Assembly (NCBI GenBank): GCA_964016885.1
Contig: OZ024765.1
Coordinates: 20,708,001-20,772,000, forward strand
From: Eledone cirrhosa
Lineage: Eukaryota
Length of the DNA stretch: 64,000 nt
Direction: 5' to 3'
The notes below the pieces were generated by a model, which worked only from the letters and a program-made list of their open reading frames with translations, had not been told where the DNA came from and did not search any database. Positions within the stretch are counted from its first letter, which is position 1. Each line of letters opens with the position of its first letter. Positions 45,839 to 60,077 of this stretch are shown here, one piece after another. The position numbers were made by a program, and so were the translations under genes.

Positions 45839-46109
45839 GAATTTTTTAATATAAGGAACTGTTTCTTTGTTTTTATTCATTATTTTTATTAATTTATCTT
45901 GACTCTGTTTTCCTGTATTTTTCATCGGAAAAAGAATTTTTGAATACATCTTCTCTTTTCATGATATTCGGATTACATTGAGTTCTTCATACGGATTGGA
46001 CACTACCGTACATTTTGGTAGATTTATCTACATATATATATATATAAATATATATTTATATACATATATAAACACACACAGAACTACATATAGATATATA
46101 TATCTACAC

Positions 46110-46159
<50 letters not shown>

Positions 46160-46164
46160 ACACG

Positions 46165-47410
46165 TGTCATCATCATCATCATCACCGTTTTACGTCCGTT
46201 CTTCCACGCTAGCATGGGTTAGACGGGTTGTCCTGTTGTGGGCAGTGTCTGGTCGGCTGACCATGCCTTGCTCATACAGGAACTGATCTGGCTTGATTTC
46301 TACAGCTGGATGCCCTTCCTAACACCAACCTCATTTACAGTGAGTGCTGGGTGCTTTTTCCGTGGCGCCTACACGTCCACTTTACAGTGTGGGCTGGGTG
46401 CTTTTTTGCCGTGGCACCTCCACGACCACCTTGCGGTGGGGGGGGGGGGGGGGGGGCATATTGTTTATATGCTTCAGCATGTACCCATGGGAGGTCGGGT
46501 ACCCTGTATTACTGCGTGACGCCAGAAGTCACGGTCGTGTGTCATTGACTTTGAGAGGTGTAGTTGGGTAAGGTCGGCTTTTATCACCTCATCCCAAGTC
46601 ATCTTGGGTCTCCCCACTCCGCGGTTTCCATCAACTTCTAGTGCTCTGCACCTTTTTATGCAGCTGTCATCCTTCATACGCATCACATGTCCATACCAGC
46701 GTAACCGCCTCTCCTGCACGCAGCATTTGATTCCTCTTATGCTCAGTCTCTCTCTCAATTCCTTTATGCTTTGTCGTTCACGTATATTACTGTTACACAT
46801 CCATCGGAGCATGCAGGCTTCGTTTCTCTCTAATCTACGTAAGTCTTCCACCTTCAGCGCCCAGGTCTCACTACCATGCAACATCGCTGTTCGGATACAC
46901 GTATCATACAGTCTGCCTTTCATTCTGAGGGAGAAGCCTTTTGCAGCTAGCAGTGGTAGTAGTTCCCTAAACTTCTTCCATCCCGTTCTTACCCTAGTTA
47001 TTGTACTTTCTAAGCACCCACCTCCGTTGCTAATTCGGTCACCTAGGTAGCAGAAGCTGTCTACTGTTTCTACAGGGCCCTCCCAGAGATTGGTGGTACT
47101 TGTTTCCTGTGGCTGTTTGCTTGCTGTTTCAGCACAGCTGCTGCATGTGAATCCTACATTCTTAATTAAGCTTCCTGAGATCCCGCTACATCTCTTGTGT
47201 ACCCATTGTTTGCATTTGGGGCAGAGAATGGAGTTCCTACCTACACCTTTCCTACATACTGAGCAAGGCCATTTCCCTGAGGGGATCTGGGTTCTGTTTT
47301 CTCGTCTACTTATAAGGACCTTAGTCTTTGTCATGTTGACTTTGAGGCCCTTTCTCTCTAGTCCCTGCTTCCAGGTTTGGAATTTATTCTCTAGTTCTAC
47401 CATAGATTCA

Positions 47411-47413
<3 letters not shown>
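46165..47413 (-). mobile_element. RTE LINE 3' portion, ~310 open codons including a PHD-like Cys/His cluster
   Basis: GLKVNMTKTKVL..WPCSVCRKGVGRNSILCPKCKQWVHKRCSG..FCYLGD..RRLRWYGHVMR; 3' UTR with (GAT)n. Confidence 0.9.
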
Positions 47414-47449
<36 letters not shown>

Positions 47450-47740
47450 CATATGTTGGTGCCACAACATCCAAGCCGAAACAAATGAGATTGTGTAGGT
47501 GTCACGACAAAAACCACACAGTCCACGCTGTAATGTGGCCGTGTAGGTAACACGGTAAAAACCTCCCAGACCCACACTGTAAATGTGGTTGGTGTTAGGA
47601 AGGGCATCCAGCCGTAGAAAACCCGCCAGACAGTCCTATGCGAGCCAATCTTGCCTCAAGTGGGAAAACCCCCGTCCAAACCCATGCAAGCATGGAACAG
47701 GGACGTTAAACGATGATGATGATGATGACATATATATATT

Positions 47741-47772
<32 letters not shown>

Positions 47773-47874
47773 GAACTACATATAGATATATATATCTACA
47801 CGTGTATATATATATATATATTTACACGTGTGTGTATATATATATACATATATATATATCTACACGTGTGCGTG

Positions 47875-47906
<32 letters not shown>

Positions 47907-48239
47907 CACACACAGAACTATGTATCCCTTTCCTCATGGACCAGCTCCACACTGGAATATTCCACTAATACTCCATTACTAAATGTATATATAATTACAT
48001 CAGTATAACCCCTCCCCACACTCCCAAACCCCTAGCCTCCTCTCTACCCCCCCCCCCACACACACACACAAGCTGTCAAGGTGTCAACAGGAAGCAGTTC
48101 CCTAATAAATCATCCTAGACTATCAACCAAACAAAAACCTTCCTTCATTTTATTTGATGTGGCTTGATTGTGTACACATACAGGTATATATATATATACA
48201 CACACATGTATATATATATACATATATATTATACATACA

Positions 48240-48291
<52 letters not shown>

Positions 48292-48296
48292 CACAC

Positions 48297-48340
<44 letters not shown>

Positions 48341-48343
48341 CAC

Positions 48344-48383
<40 letters not shown>

Positions 48384-48438
48384 ATATATATATATGTATT
48401 ATACACACATGTATATATATATATGCATGTATGTATGT

Positions 48439-48491
<53 letters not shown>

Positions 48492-48524
48492 TATTATACA
48501 CACATGTATATATATATATGCATG

Positions 48525-48561
<37 letters not shown>

Positions 48562-48659
48562 TATACACACACACACATATATATATATATATTATACACA
48601 CATGTATATATATATATATATATATATTATACACACATGTATATATATATATATGCATG

Positions 48660-48701
<42 letters not shown>

Positions 48702-49929
48702 CATGTGTGTGTGTGTGTGTGTGATAGGGTGTGGTAATCTTTTCATATCTTGGGGTTTTTTCTTTTGTTGTTCTTAATATGTTGTTGTAGATGTGATGAA
48801 TATATCAAACTGGACTGGAAGTTAAACAACCACTACCACCACTGCCACCACCTCATACCACTACCACCACTGTCACCACCTCATACCACTACCACCACCA
48901 CTACCACTACTACTACCACTGCCACCACCTCGTACTACTGCCACTACTACCACTGCCACCACCTCATACTACTGCCACTACTACCACTGCCACCACCTCG
49001 TACTACTGCCACTACTACCACTGCCACCACCTCGTACTACTGCCACTACTACCACTGCCACCACCTCATACCACTGCCGCCACTGAAACCACTACTACTA
49101 CCACTGCCACCACTTCCACCACTACTACTGCCACTGCCACCACCTCATACCACTGCCACCACTGCCACCACTACTACTGCCACTGCCACCACCTCATACC
49201 ACTGCCACCACTACTACTGCCACTGCCACCACCTCATACCACTGAAACCACTACTACTGCCACTGCCACCACCTCATACCACTGCCACCACTGCCACCAC
49301 TACTACTGCCACCACCTCATACCACTGCCACCACTACTACTGCCACTGCCACCACCTCATACCACTGCCACCACTACTACCACTGCCACCACCTCATACC
49401 ACTGCCACCACCTCGCACCACTGCCACCACTACTACTGCCACTGCCACCACCTCATACCATTGCCACCACACCACTGCCACCACCTCGTACCACTGCGAC
49501 CACTGCCATCACCTCATACCACTGCCACCACTACTACCACTGCCACCACCTCATGCCACAACCACCACAACTACTACCACCACCTCATACCACTACCACC
49601 ACTGCCACCACTACTACCACTGCCACCACCTCATACCACTACCACCACCTCATACCACTGCCACCACTGCCACCACTACTACTGCCACCACCTCATACCA
49701 CTGCCACCACTACCACCACTGTCACCACCTCATACCACTACCACCACTGCCACCACCTCATACCACTGTCACCACTGCCACCACTACTACCATCCATGCC
49801 ACCACCTCATACCACCACCACCACTGCCACCACTACTACACACCACCACCACTGTACCTCCACTAGACCACCCACCTAGTAAGAAGAAAGAAGAAAGAAA
49901 AAGGCAAAGAAGAAGGAAAAGAAGGTAAA

Positions 49930-50149
49930 GTAGAAGGTTAAGAAGAAGGCTAAGAAGAAGAAGGCAAAGAAAAAGGAAGCTAAAAGAAGGCTAACAAGAA
50001 GGCTAAGAAGAGGGCTAACAAGAAGAAGGCAAAGAAGAAGGCTAAGAAGAAGGCTAAGAAGAAGGCTAAGAAGAAGGCTAAGAAGAAGGCTAAGAAGAAG
50101 GCTAAGAAGAAGGCTAAGAAGAAGGCTAAAAGAAGGCTAAGAAGAAGGC
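49930..50149. repeat. 12-bp repeat (GAAGAAGGCTAA)n beside the exon donor site
   Basis: Read directly; ends ~10 nt from the gtaagt donor. Confidence 0.9.
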
Positions 50150-50160
50150 GCTATACTTAC

Positions 50161-50422
50161 TTCCATGTATGAAGGAGGCGGTAATGAAGCTGTGGGTATT
50201 GTTGCTGGTCCTATGTAGGCAAATGGTGATTGGTGTGTCCCTGCGGCCCTCATCATGGATGCCAGGCCGCCATATTGTAAGGGCATCTGTGGAGGGGGTG
50301 TGTTGTCGACAGGCTGTTCCGTCGTCGTGCTACAGGGGATTGCTTGAGGTATGCGGGTCCTCTTTCGTTTGTAGTAGTTGCACACCCCACAACATGTCGC
50401 TAGGAACATAACCATGAATACC
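50161..50422 (-). CDS. WBP1/VOPP1-family exon: TM helix (VFMVMFLATCCGVC), basic stop-transfer KRKR, Pro-rich tail with LPPPSY
   Basis: 262 nt = 1+87x3, with ctccag acceptor after a ~230 nt pyrimidine-rich tract and gtaagt donor. In frame with both flanking exons. Confidence 0.9.
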
Positions 50423-51069
50423 CTGGAGGGGAGAGAAAGAAATTATAAAGGAATGAAAACAATAAAAAAATAAAAAATGAAAAAATGAATAAAATGAAAA
50501 AAAACGAAAATGAAGAAAAACGAAAAAAAAGGAAGAAAAAGAAAAATGCAAAAAACGAAAAAATGAAAAAAAACACAAAATAAGAAGAATAAATGAAGAA
50601 AAACAAAAAAAAAATGAAGAAGTGAGAAAATTGGAAAAAATGAAGAAAAACCGAAAAAACGACAAAGCTGAGGAAAAGTGTTAATTATATGACAGCACCT
50701 GGTCTGAGGAAGGAGCCCCGGGAGGTGGTGTGGCTGTAGTAGTGGGTGTTGCTGGCCATTGTCTACAGAAATGTCTTGTCTATTCTGTCCCTGGGGCACA
50801 GCCAAAACACCACCCAGACCTAGGTGTAGGGTCTCTCCCCTTCTACCTCTCTTTACCTAACAGTTCTTCCTCTTCCTCTCATTTATGGCATTTATAGTTC
50901 TTTCCAATACTGCTTTCTTTTACGATATATTTTATTAACCCTTTAGCATTTAAACCAACTCTATCTGGCCAGAAACCTCTCGCCTCTTTCTGTTCAAACC
51001 GGCTGTAACCAGTCACTCATACTGATGTTAAGGGATCGTTCTGAAAATCTCATAGATTTAATATTAGTA

Positions 51070-51533
51070 TCATCATCATTTTATGTCCGCTTTTCCCTGC
51101 TTGCAAGGGTGGGACGGGTCTTATTCAGCACAGCATCTCTCCACTTGTCACGGTCCTTCGTCATCTCCTCACTGAGCTTCAGCAATCTGAGGTTAGCTCT
51201 CACCACCTCCCCCCATGTTTTACGTGGTCTACCTCTACTGCGTCTTCCTTCTACTGGCATTTCTTGGCACTTCTTGACCCAACGGTCATCCTCCATGTGC
51301 ATCACATGTCCATACAACCTCAGTCTCCTCTCCCGTACACTACATTCTATCCCTCTCAGACACAGTTTCTCTCTCAACACACCACATGTCCATACCAATG
51401 CAGTCTTCTCTCCTGCACACTACAACTTATCCCTCTTATACAGTTTCTCTCTCAACTCATCTATGCTTGGTCGTTCACGCACATTGATATTGCACATCCA
51501 ACGGAGCATGCTTGCTTCATTTCTCTCCAGCCA
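51070..51533 (-). mobile_element. RTE 3' fragment (family R3; also 61385-61558 and 37040-37190)
   Basis: LERNEASMLRWMC..RERRLRLYGHVMHMEDDRWVKKC..GRPRKTW. Confidence 0.85.
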
Positions 51534-53420
51534 TATATATAGAGTAATGTAAATGTTATGTGAGATATTATGTGAGGTAAAGCCTTTACTGTGAAAATAC
51601 AATAGTATATATAGAGTAATGTAAATGTTACGTGAGATATTATGTGAGGTAAAACCTTTACTGTGAAAATACAATAGTATATATAGAGTAATGTAAATGT
51701 TATGTGAGATATTATGTGAGGTAAAGCCTTTACTGTGAAAATACAATAGTATATATAGAGTAATGTAAATGTTATGTGAGATATTATGTGAGGTAAAGTC
51801 TTTACTGTGAAAATACAATAGTATATATAGAGTAATGTAAATGTTATGTGAGATATTATGTGAGGTAAAGCCTTTACTGTGAAAATACAATAGTATATAT
51901 AGAGTAATGTAAATGTTACGTGAGATATTATGTGAGGTAAAACCTTTACTGTGAAAATACAATAGTATATATAGAGTAATGTAAATGTTATGTGAGATAT
52001 TATGTGAGGTAAAGGCTTTACTGTGAAAATACAATAGTATATATAGAGTAATGTAAATGTTATGTGAGATATTATGCGAGGTAAAGTCTTTACTGTGAAA
52101 ATACAATAGTATATATAGAGTAATGTAAATGTTATGTGAGATATTATGTGAGGTAAAGCCTTACTGTGAAAATACAATAGTATATATAGAGTAATGTAAA
52201 TGTTATGTGAGATATTATGTGAGGTAAAGCCTTTACTGTGAAAATACAATAGTATATATAGAGTAATGTAAATGTTATGTGAGATATTATGTGAGGTAAA
52301 GGCTTTACTGTGAAAATACAATAGTATATATAGAGTAATGTAAATGTTATGCGAGATATTATGTGAGGTAAAGCCTTTACTGAGAAAATACAATAGTATA
52401 TATAGAGTAATGTAAATGTTATGTGAGATATTATGTGAGGTAAAGCCTTTACTGTGAAAATACAATAGTTTATATAGAGTAATGTAAATGTTATGTGAGA
52501 TATGTGAGGTAAAGCCTTCACTGTGAAAATACAATAGTTTATATAGAGTAATGTAAATGTTATGTGAGATATTATGTGAGGTAAAGCCTTTACTGTGAAA
52601 ATACAATAGTATATATAGAGTAATGTAAATGTTATGTGAGATATTATGTGAGGTAAAGGCTTTACTGTGAAAATACAATAGTATATATAGAGTAATGTAA
52701 ATGTTATGTGAGATATTATGTGAGGTAAAGCCTTTACTGAGAAAATACAATAGTATATATAGAGTAATGTAAATGTTATGTGAGATATTATGCGAGGTAA
52801 AGTCTTTACTGTGAAAATACAATAGTATATATAGAGTAATGTAAATGTTATGTGAGATATTATGTGAGGTAAAACCTTTACTGTGAAAATACAATAGTAT
52901 ATATAGAGTAATGTAAATGTTATGTGAGATATTATGTGAGGTAAAGCCTTTACTGTGAAAATACAATAGTATATATAGAGTAATGTAAATGTTATGTGAG
53001 ATATTATGTGAGGTAAAGCCTTTACTGAGAAAATACAATAGTATATATAGAGTAATGTAAATGTTATGTGAGATATTATGTGAGGTAAAGCCTTTACTGT
53101 GAAAATACAATAGTTTATATAGAGTAATGTAAATGTTATGTGAGATATTATGTGAGGTAAAGCCTTCACTGTGAAAATACAATAGTTTATATAGAGTAAT
53201 GTAAATGTTATGTGAGATATTATGTGAGGTAAAGCCTTTACTGTGAAAATACAATAGTTTATATAGAGTAATGTAAATGTTATGTGAGATATTATGTGAG
53301 GTAAAGCCTTTACTGAGAAAATACAATAGTATATATAGAGTAATGTAAATGTTATGTGAGATATTATGTGAGGTAAAGCCTTTACTGAGAAAATACAATA
53401 GTATATATAGAGTAATGTAA
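51533..53420. repeat. 72-bp minisatellite (~26 units)
   Basis: Produces the 24-aa periodic ORF LLYFHSKGFTSHNISHNIYITLYI. Confidence 0.95.
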
Positions 53421-54993
53421 TGGTGGTGGTGGTAGTGGTGTGGTAGTGGTGGTGGTGTGGTAGTGGTGGTAGTGGTGTGGTAGTGGTGGTGGTAGTGGTA
53501 GTGGTGGTGGTGGTTGTAGTGGTGGTGGTGTGGTAGTGGTAGTGGTGGTGTGGTAGTGGTGGTGGTGTGGTAGTGGTGGTAGTGGTGGTGGTGGTGGTGG
53601 TGGTGGTGGTGGTGGTGGTAGTGGTGGCGGTGGTGTGGTAGTGGTGGTAGTGGTGGTGGTGGTGGTGGTGGTGGTAGTGGTGGTGGTGGTGGTGGTGTGG
53701 TAGTGGTGGTGAGGGTGGTGGTGGTGGTAGTGGTGGTGGTGGTGTAGTGGTCTTACACCAAAGTTCAGTAAGTGTTGATCAAGTTTCCATGGAGACAAAA
53801 TCAATATATGTTCAGAAATACAAAAGAGGATTGAGAGTTATTGATACAACAGAGCTATTGATTGATTTTCTCTTACTATGTGTGTGTATGTATATATGTG
53901 TGTGTGTGGCTGTGTGTGTATGTATATATGTGTGTGTGTGTATGTGTATATATGTATATATGTGTGTGTGTATGTGTATATATGTATATATGTGTGTGTG
54001 GCTGTGTGTGTATGTGTATATATGTATATATATATATGTGTGTGTGTGGCTGTGTGTATGTATGTGTGTGTGTGTGTATGTGTATATATGTATATATGTG
54101 TGTGTGTGTGGCTGTGCGTATGTATGTATGTGTGTGTGTATGTGTATATATGTATATGTGTGTGTGTGTGGCTGTGTGTGTGTGTGTGTGGGTATATGTA
54201 TATATATGTGTGTGTGTGTGTGGCTGTGTGTGTATGTGTATATATGTATATATGTGTGTGGCTGTGGCTGTGTGTGTATGTGTGTGTGTGTGTATATGTG
54301 TATATATGTATATATGTGTGTGGCTGTGTGTGTATGTATGTGTGTGTGTGTGTATATATGTATATGTGTGTGTGTGGCTTTGTGTATGTATGTGTGTGTG
54401 TGTGTATATATGTATATATGTGTGTGGCTGTGGCTGTGTATGTATGTGTGTGTGTATATGTGTATATATGTATATATGTGTGTGGCTCTGTGTGTATGTA
54501 TGTGTGTGTGTGTATATATGTATATATGTGTGTGGCTGTGTGTATGTATGTGTGTGTATATGTATATGTGTGTGTGTGGCTGTGTGTATGTATGTGTGTG
54601 TGTGTGTATATGTGTGTGGCTGTGGCTGTGTGTGTATGTATGTGTGTGTGTATATGTGTATATATGTATATATGTGTGTGGCTGTGTGTGTATGTATGTG
54701 TGTGTGTGTATATATTTATATATGTTTGTGTGGCTGTGTGTGTATGTATGTGTATGCGTATATATGTATATATGTGTGTGTGGCTGTGTCAGTATGTATG
54801 TATGTGTGTGTGTGTATAAATGTATATATATGTGTGTGTATGTATATATATGTGTGTATGTGTATGTATATATATGTGTGTATGTGTATGTATATATATG
54901 TGTGTATATGTATATATGTTTATATATGTGTGTTTGTGTGTATATATATATCATCATCACTGTTTAACGTCCATTTTTCCATGTGTATGTATT

Positions 54994-55028
<35 letters not shown>

Positions 55029-55423
55029 TCATGTGTGTAAATGTATGTATGTATCTAAGTATGTATGTACATATGTATGTGAGTATATATATATATGTGT
55101 GTGTGTTTGAGTATTTTACTAACTATGGTTACCCCTGATTAAACCTGGGACTCACACATACACTTATATATATATGTGTGTGTATATATATATATATACA
55201 CACACTTATATATATATATATATATGTGTGTGTATATATATATATATATATACACACACAAATATATATATATGTATGTGTATATATATATACACACAAA
55301 TATATATATATGTGTATATATATATATATATACACACACACATATATATATATGTGTGTGTATATATATATATACACACACACATAAATATATATTTGTG
55401 TGTGTATATATATATATATACAC

Positions 55424-55464
<41 letters not shown>

Positions 55465-55516
55465 AATATATATATGTGTGTATATATATATATATATACA
55501 CACACATATATATATT

Positions 55517-55548
<32 letters not shown>

Positions 55549-55595
55549 CACACAAATATATATATATATATACACACAAATATATATATATACAC

Positions 55596-55643
<48 letters not shown>

Positions 55644-56406
55644 TTTCCTTCAAGATTACCTCTACCAGGTTCAGGATTTTGCCATCAGTTCTAATCCCCT
55701 CTACCTTGGTCTTCCTTTACTACAGCTTGCTTCCACTGGCCAACTCCTGGTACTTTTCCATCCATACACATCACATGTCGATACCAGCAGTCTTCTCTCC
55801 TACACACTACATCTGATTCCTCTTCTACATAGTTTTCCTTCCAACAACCGCCACCACTTCATATAAGAACCTTACATTAATTAACTCTCTTAGTAATGAA
55901 ATAATTAATGATTTTACTAAATCTCTCCAACAAAATTCTTTATTAATTAATTGTTTCTACTTTAGGCACAAGGCCAGCAATTACCCAGTGCATTACTGGT
56001 ACTTTATTTTATCGACCCCGTAAGGATGAAAGGCAAAGTCAACCTCGGCGGGATTTGAACTCAGATCGTAAAGGGACGTAACTATGCTGGAAATACAGGG
56101 TTCTTATCTAGATTAAACTCATCCGTATTTCATAATTGAAATACAGGGTTCTTATCTAGATTAAACTCATCCGTATTTTATATAAGAACCTTTGTTAAGT
56201 TACTATCTTAGTAATGAAATAATTAATAATTTAGGTAAATCACTCCAACAAAATTCTTCATATAGTAATTGAAATACAGATTTCCTATTTTAATTAAAAT
56301 CTTCCAACATAATTTTATTTAAAAACCTTTGTTAACTTATTGTCTTAGTAATGAAATAATTAATAATTTTAATAAATCTCTAAAAATTCTTCATTAATTA
56401 ATTAAA

Positions 56407-57615
56407 GGGCGGTGGATTGGCAGTATCGGTAGAGGGTCGGACGCCATGCTAGGGTGGTGGATTGGCAGTATTGGTAGAGGGTCAGATGTCATGCTAGGGT
56501 GGTGGATTGGCAGTATCGGTAGAGGGTCAGACGCCATGCTAGGGTGGTGGATTGGCAGTGTCGATAGAGGGTCGGACACCATGCTAGGGTGGTGGATTGG
56601 CAGTGTCGGTAGAGGGTCGGACGCCATGCTAGGGTGGTGGATTGGCAGTATCGGTAGAGGGTCAGACGCCATGCTAGGGTGGTGGATTGGCAGTATCGGT
56701 AGAGGGTCAGACGCCATGCTAGGGTGGTGGATTGGCAGTGTCGATAGAGGGTCGGACACCATGCTAGGGTGGTGGATTGGCAGTATCGGTAGAGGGTCGG
56801 ACGCCATGCTAGGGTGGTGGATTGGCAGTATCGGTAGAGGGTCAGACGCCATGCTAGGGTGGTGGATTGGCAGTATCGGTAGAGGGTTGGACCCCATGCT
56901 AGGGTGGTGGATTGGCAGTATCAGTAGAGGGTCAGACACCATGCTAGGGTGGTGGATTGGCAGTATCGGTAGAGGGTCGGACGCCATGGTAGGGTGGTGG
57001 ATTGGCAATATCGGTAGAGCGTCTGACGCCATGCTAGGGTGGTGGATTGGCAGTATCGGTAGAGGGTCGGACGCCATGCTAGGGTGGTGGATTGGCAGTA
57101 TCGGTAGAGCGTCTGACGCCATGCTAGGGTGGTGGATTGGCAGTATCGGTAGAGGGTCGGACGCCATGCTAGGGTGGTGGATTGGCAGTATCGGTAGAGG
57201 GTTGGACGCCATGCTAGGGCGGTGGATTGGCAGTGTCGGTAGAGGGTCGGACGCCATGCTAGGGTGGTGGATTGGCAGTATCGGTAGAGGGTCGGACGCC
57301 ATGCTAGGGTGGTGGATTGGCAGTATCGGTAGAGGGTCAGACACCATGCTTTCCAGCATAGTTACGGCCCTTGCCATTCTGAGTTCAAATCCCGCCAAGG
57401 TTAACTTTGCCTTTCATCCTTACGGGGTCGATAAAATAAAGTACCAGTAATGCACTGGGTAATTGCTGGCCTTGTGCCTAAAGTAGAAACAATTAATTAA
57501 TTAATTAAAATCCCGCAGAGGTTAACTTTGCCTTTCATCCTTACGGGGTCGATAAAATAAAGTACCAGTAATGTACTGGGTTATTGCTGGCCTTGTGCCT
57601 AAAGTAGAAACAATT
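56407..57615 (+). repeat. Second 45-bp SINE-head array (~21 units), SINE body and duplicated tail
   Basis: Same unit and junction (ccatgcta|ggg) as 44487-45560. Confidence 0.9.
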
Positions 57616-58049
57616 AATTAATTAAAATACAAGCTTCTTATTTACATTAAAATCTTTCAATATAATTTTATATAAGAAACTTTAAGTTACTATCTCAGTA
57701 ATTAAATAATAATTTTAGTAAATCACTCCAACAAAATTCTTCCTTAATTAATTGAAATACTTGGTTCGTATTTAAATTAAAATCATCCAACAATTTTATT
57801 TAAGAACCTTACATTAATTTACTGTCTTAGTAATGAAATAATTATTTTAGTAAACCCCTCAAGAAGGAGGAAAATCGTTAAAGATTTAGCCATGAAAGTG
57901 TTAAACTAACAAATTCAATATATTTAATGGTACTGGTAAACTGTAACACCTCAACTACTACCCCTACCACACCCTAATCTCTTTTTCTTCTCACTTTGTT
58001 TTCTGTCTTTATTTCAATTTAATTCTTGTAGCAAATCTTCTTAAATTTA

Positions 58050-58445
58050 TCTCTCTCTCTCCCTCTCTTAAATGTCACTCTTTCTCTCTCTCTCTTTCTC
58101 TCTTAAATGTCACTCTTTCCCTCTCTCTCTTTCTCTCTTAAATGTCACTCTTTCCCTCTCTCTCTCAAATGTCTCTCTTTCCCTCTCTCTCCCTCTCTTA
58201 AATGTCACTCTTTCCCTCTCTCTCTCTCCCTCTCTTAAATGTCACTCTTTCCCTCTCTCTCTCTTAAATGTCACTCTTTCCCTCTCTCTCTCCCTCTCTC
58301 TTAAATGTCACTCTTTCCCTCTCTCTCTCTCTTAAATTTATCTCTCTCTCTCTCTTAAATGTCACTCTTTCCCTCTCTCTCTCTCTTAAATGTCACTCTT
58401 TCCCCCTCTCTCTTAAATGTCACTCTTTCCCTCTCTCTCTCTCTC
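58050..58445. repeat. CT-rich minisatellite
   Basis: ctctcttaaatgtcactctttcc repeats. Confidence 0.85.
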
Positions 58446-59929
58446 TCTATAAAGTTCACTTCTTTTCTCCAAATCTCTCTCTCTCTCTCTGTGACTTTTT
58501 CTAACTTTCATTCTCTAAATTTTTGCTCTAAGACTGTTTCAAACTCTCCCCCTCTCTTTCTAACTCTCAAACCCTCTCTTTCTCTCTCTATCTATCTATC
58601 TATCTATCTACCTATCTATCTATCCATCCATGTCTCTCTCTGCCCCCCCCCCCCCTCCACACCCAACACCTCAACACAAGTCTACCCCCCCCCCTCTCCC
58701 CCCAATTCAGGAAATATCTGATTCCTGTTCATTGGTCCGTGATTTTTGCTGAAGATTTCCTTGTAGCCAGAGAAAGACTGACCTAAAATTGATGGATTTA
58801 ATGAGAGGCCTGCCTTGGTGTGGTGGTGGTGGTGGTGTGGTGTGGTGTTGTAGTGGTGGTGGTGGTGGTGGTGGTGGTGTGGTGGTGGTGTGGTGTTGTA
58901 GTGGTGTAGTGGTGGTGGTGGTGTGGTGTGGTGTTGTAGTGGTGGTGGTGGTGGTGGTGTAGTGGTAGTGGTGGTGGTGGTGTTGTAGTGGTGGTGGTGG
59001 TGGTGGTGGTGTAGTGGTGGTGGTGGTGGTGGTGTAGTGGTAGTGGTGGTGGTGGTGGTGGTGTTGTAGTGGTGGTGGTGGTGGTGGTGGTGTAGTGGTG
59101 GCGGTGTAGTGGTGGTGGTGTGGTGGTGGTGGTGGTGGTGTAGTGGTAGTGGTGGTGGTGGTGGTGGTGTTGTAGTGGTGGTGGTGGTGGTGGTGGTGTA
59201 GTGGTGGCGGTGTAGTGGTGGTGGTGTGGTGGTGGTGGTGGTGGTGTAGTGGTGGTGGTGGTGTAGTGGTGGCGGTGTAGTGGTGGTGGTGTGGTGGTGG
59301 TGGTGGTGTGGTGGTGTAGTGGTGGTGGTGTGGTGGTGGTGTAGTGTTGTTGTTACTGTTGTTGGTGGTGTAGTGGTGGTGGTGGTGTAGTGGTGGTGGT
59401 GGTGGTGGTGTAGTGGTGGTGGTGGTGTAGTGGTGGTGGTGTAGTGGTGGTGTGGTGGTGGTGTAGTGGTGGTGGTGGTGGTAGTGGTGCTGTCAGAGAA
59501 TAGCATTGTTGTGGTTGTGGTGGTGGTATAAGTCGTGGTTGTAGTTTCAGTTATGGTGGTGGTGGTGGCTGTGGTGGTGGTGGTGGTGGCTGTGGTGGTG
59601 ACTGTAGTGGTGGTGGCTGTGGTGGTGGCTGTAGTGGAGGTGGTGGTGGCTGTGGTGGTGGCTGTAGTGGTGGTGGTGGTGGTGGTGGTGGCAGCAGATG
59701 CAGAGAAGCTTATGTCTGCAAATACCAATAATCACACTCACGTGTGCTTCATCACTTTACATCCACCTCTCCCTGCTTGCATGCTTGCAAGGGTGGGATG
59801 GGAACTGATTCTGGCTTGATCTCTACAGCTGGATGCCCTTCCTAACACAAACCTCATTTACAGTGAGTGCTGGGTGCTTTTTTGCTGCGGCACCTCCACG
59901 AGCACTTTACAGTGAAATGATAGGGACCC

Positions 59930-60077
59930 CAGTCCCTATCATCTCATTTCTACAGCTGAGTAAACTGGAGCAATGTGAAATAAAGTGTCTTGCTCAAGGA
60001 AACAGCACATCACCTGGTCTGAGAATTGAACTCACAACCTTTCGATTGCAAGGCCAATGCTCTAACCACTAAGCCAT
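59930..60077 (-). mobile_element. Second tRNA-derived SINE family
   Basis: Reverse complement: tggcttagtggttagagc (A box), gagttcaattc (B box), ccttgagcaagacactt core. Confidence 0.75.

Noticed and set aside
45960-46010. Minus-strand VVSNPYEELNVIRIS, vaguely like the 38-kb exon
   Set aside because: No proper acceptor or donor, an immediate stop and too short a similarity.
51420-53398. 645-aa periodic ORF
   Set aside because: Translation of the 72-bp satellite.
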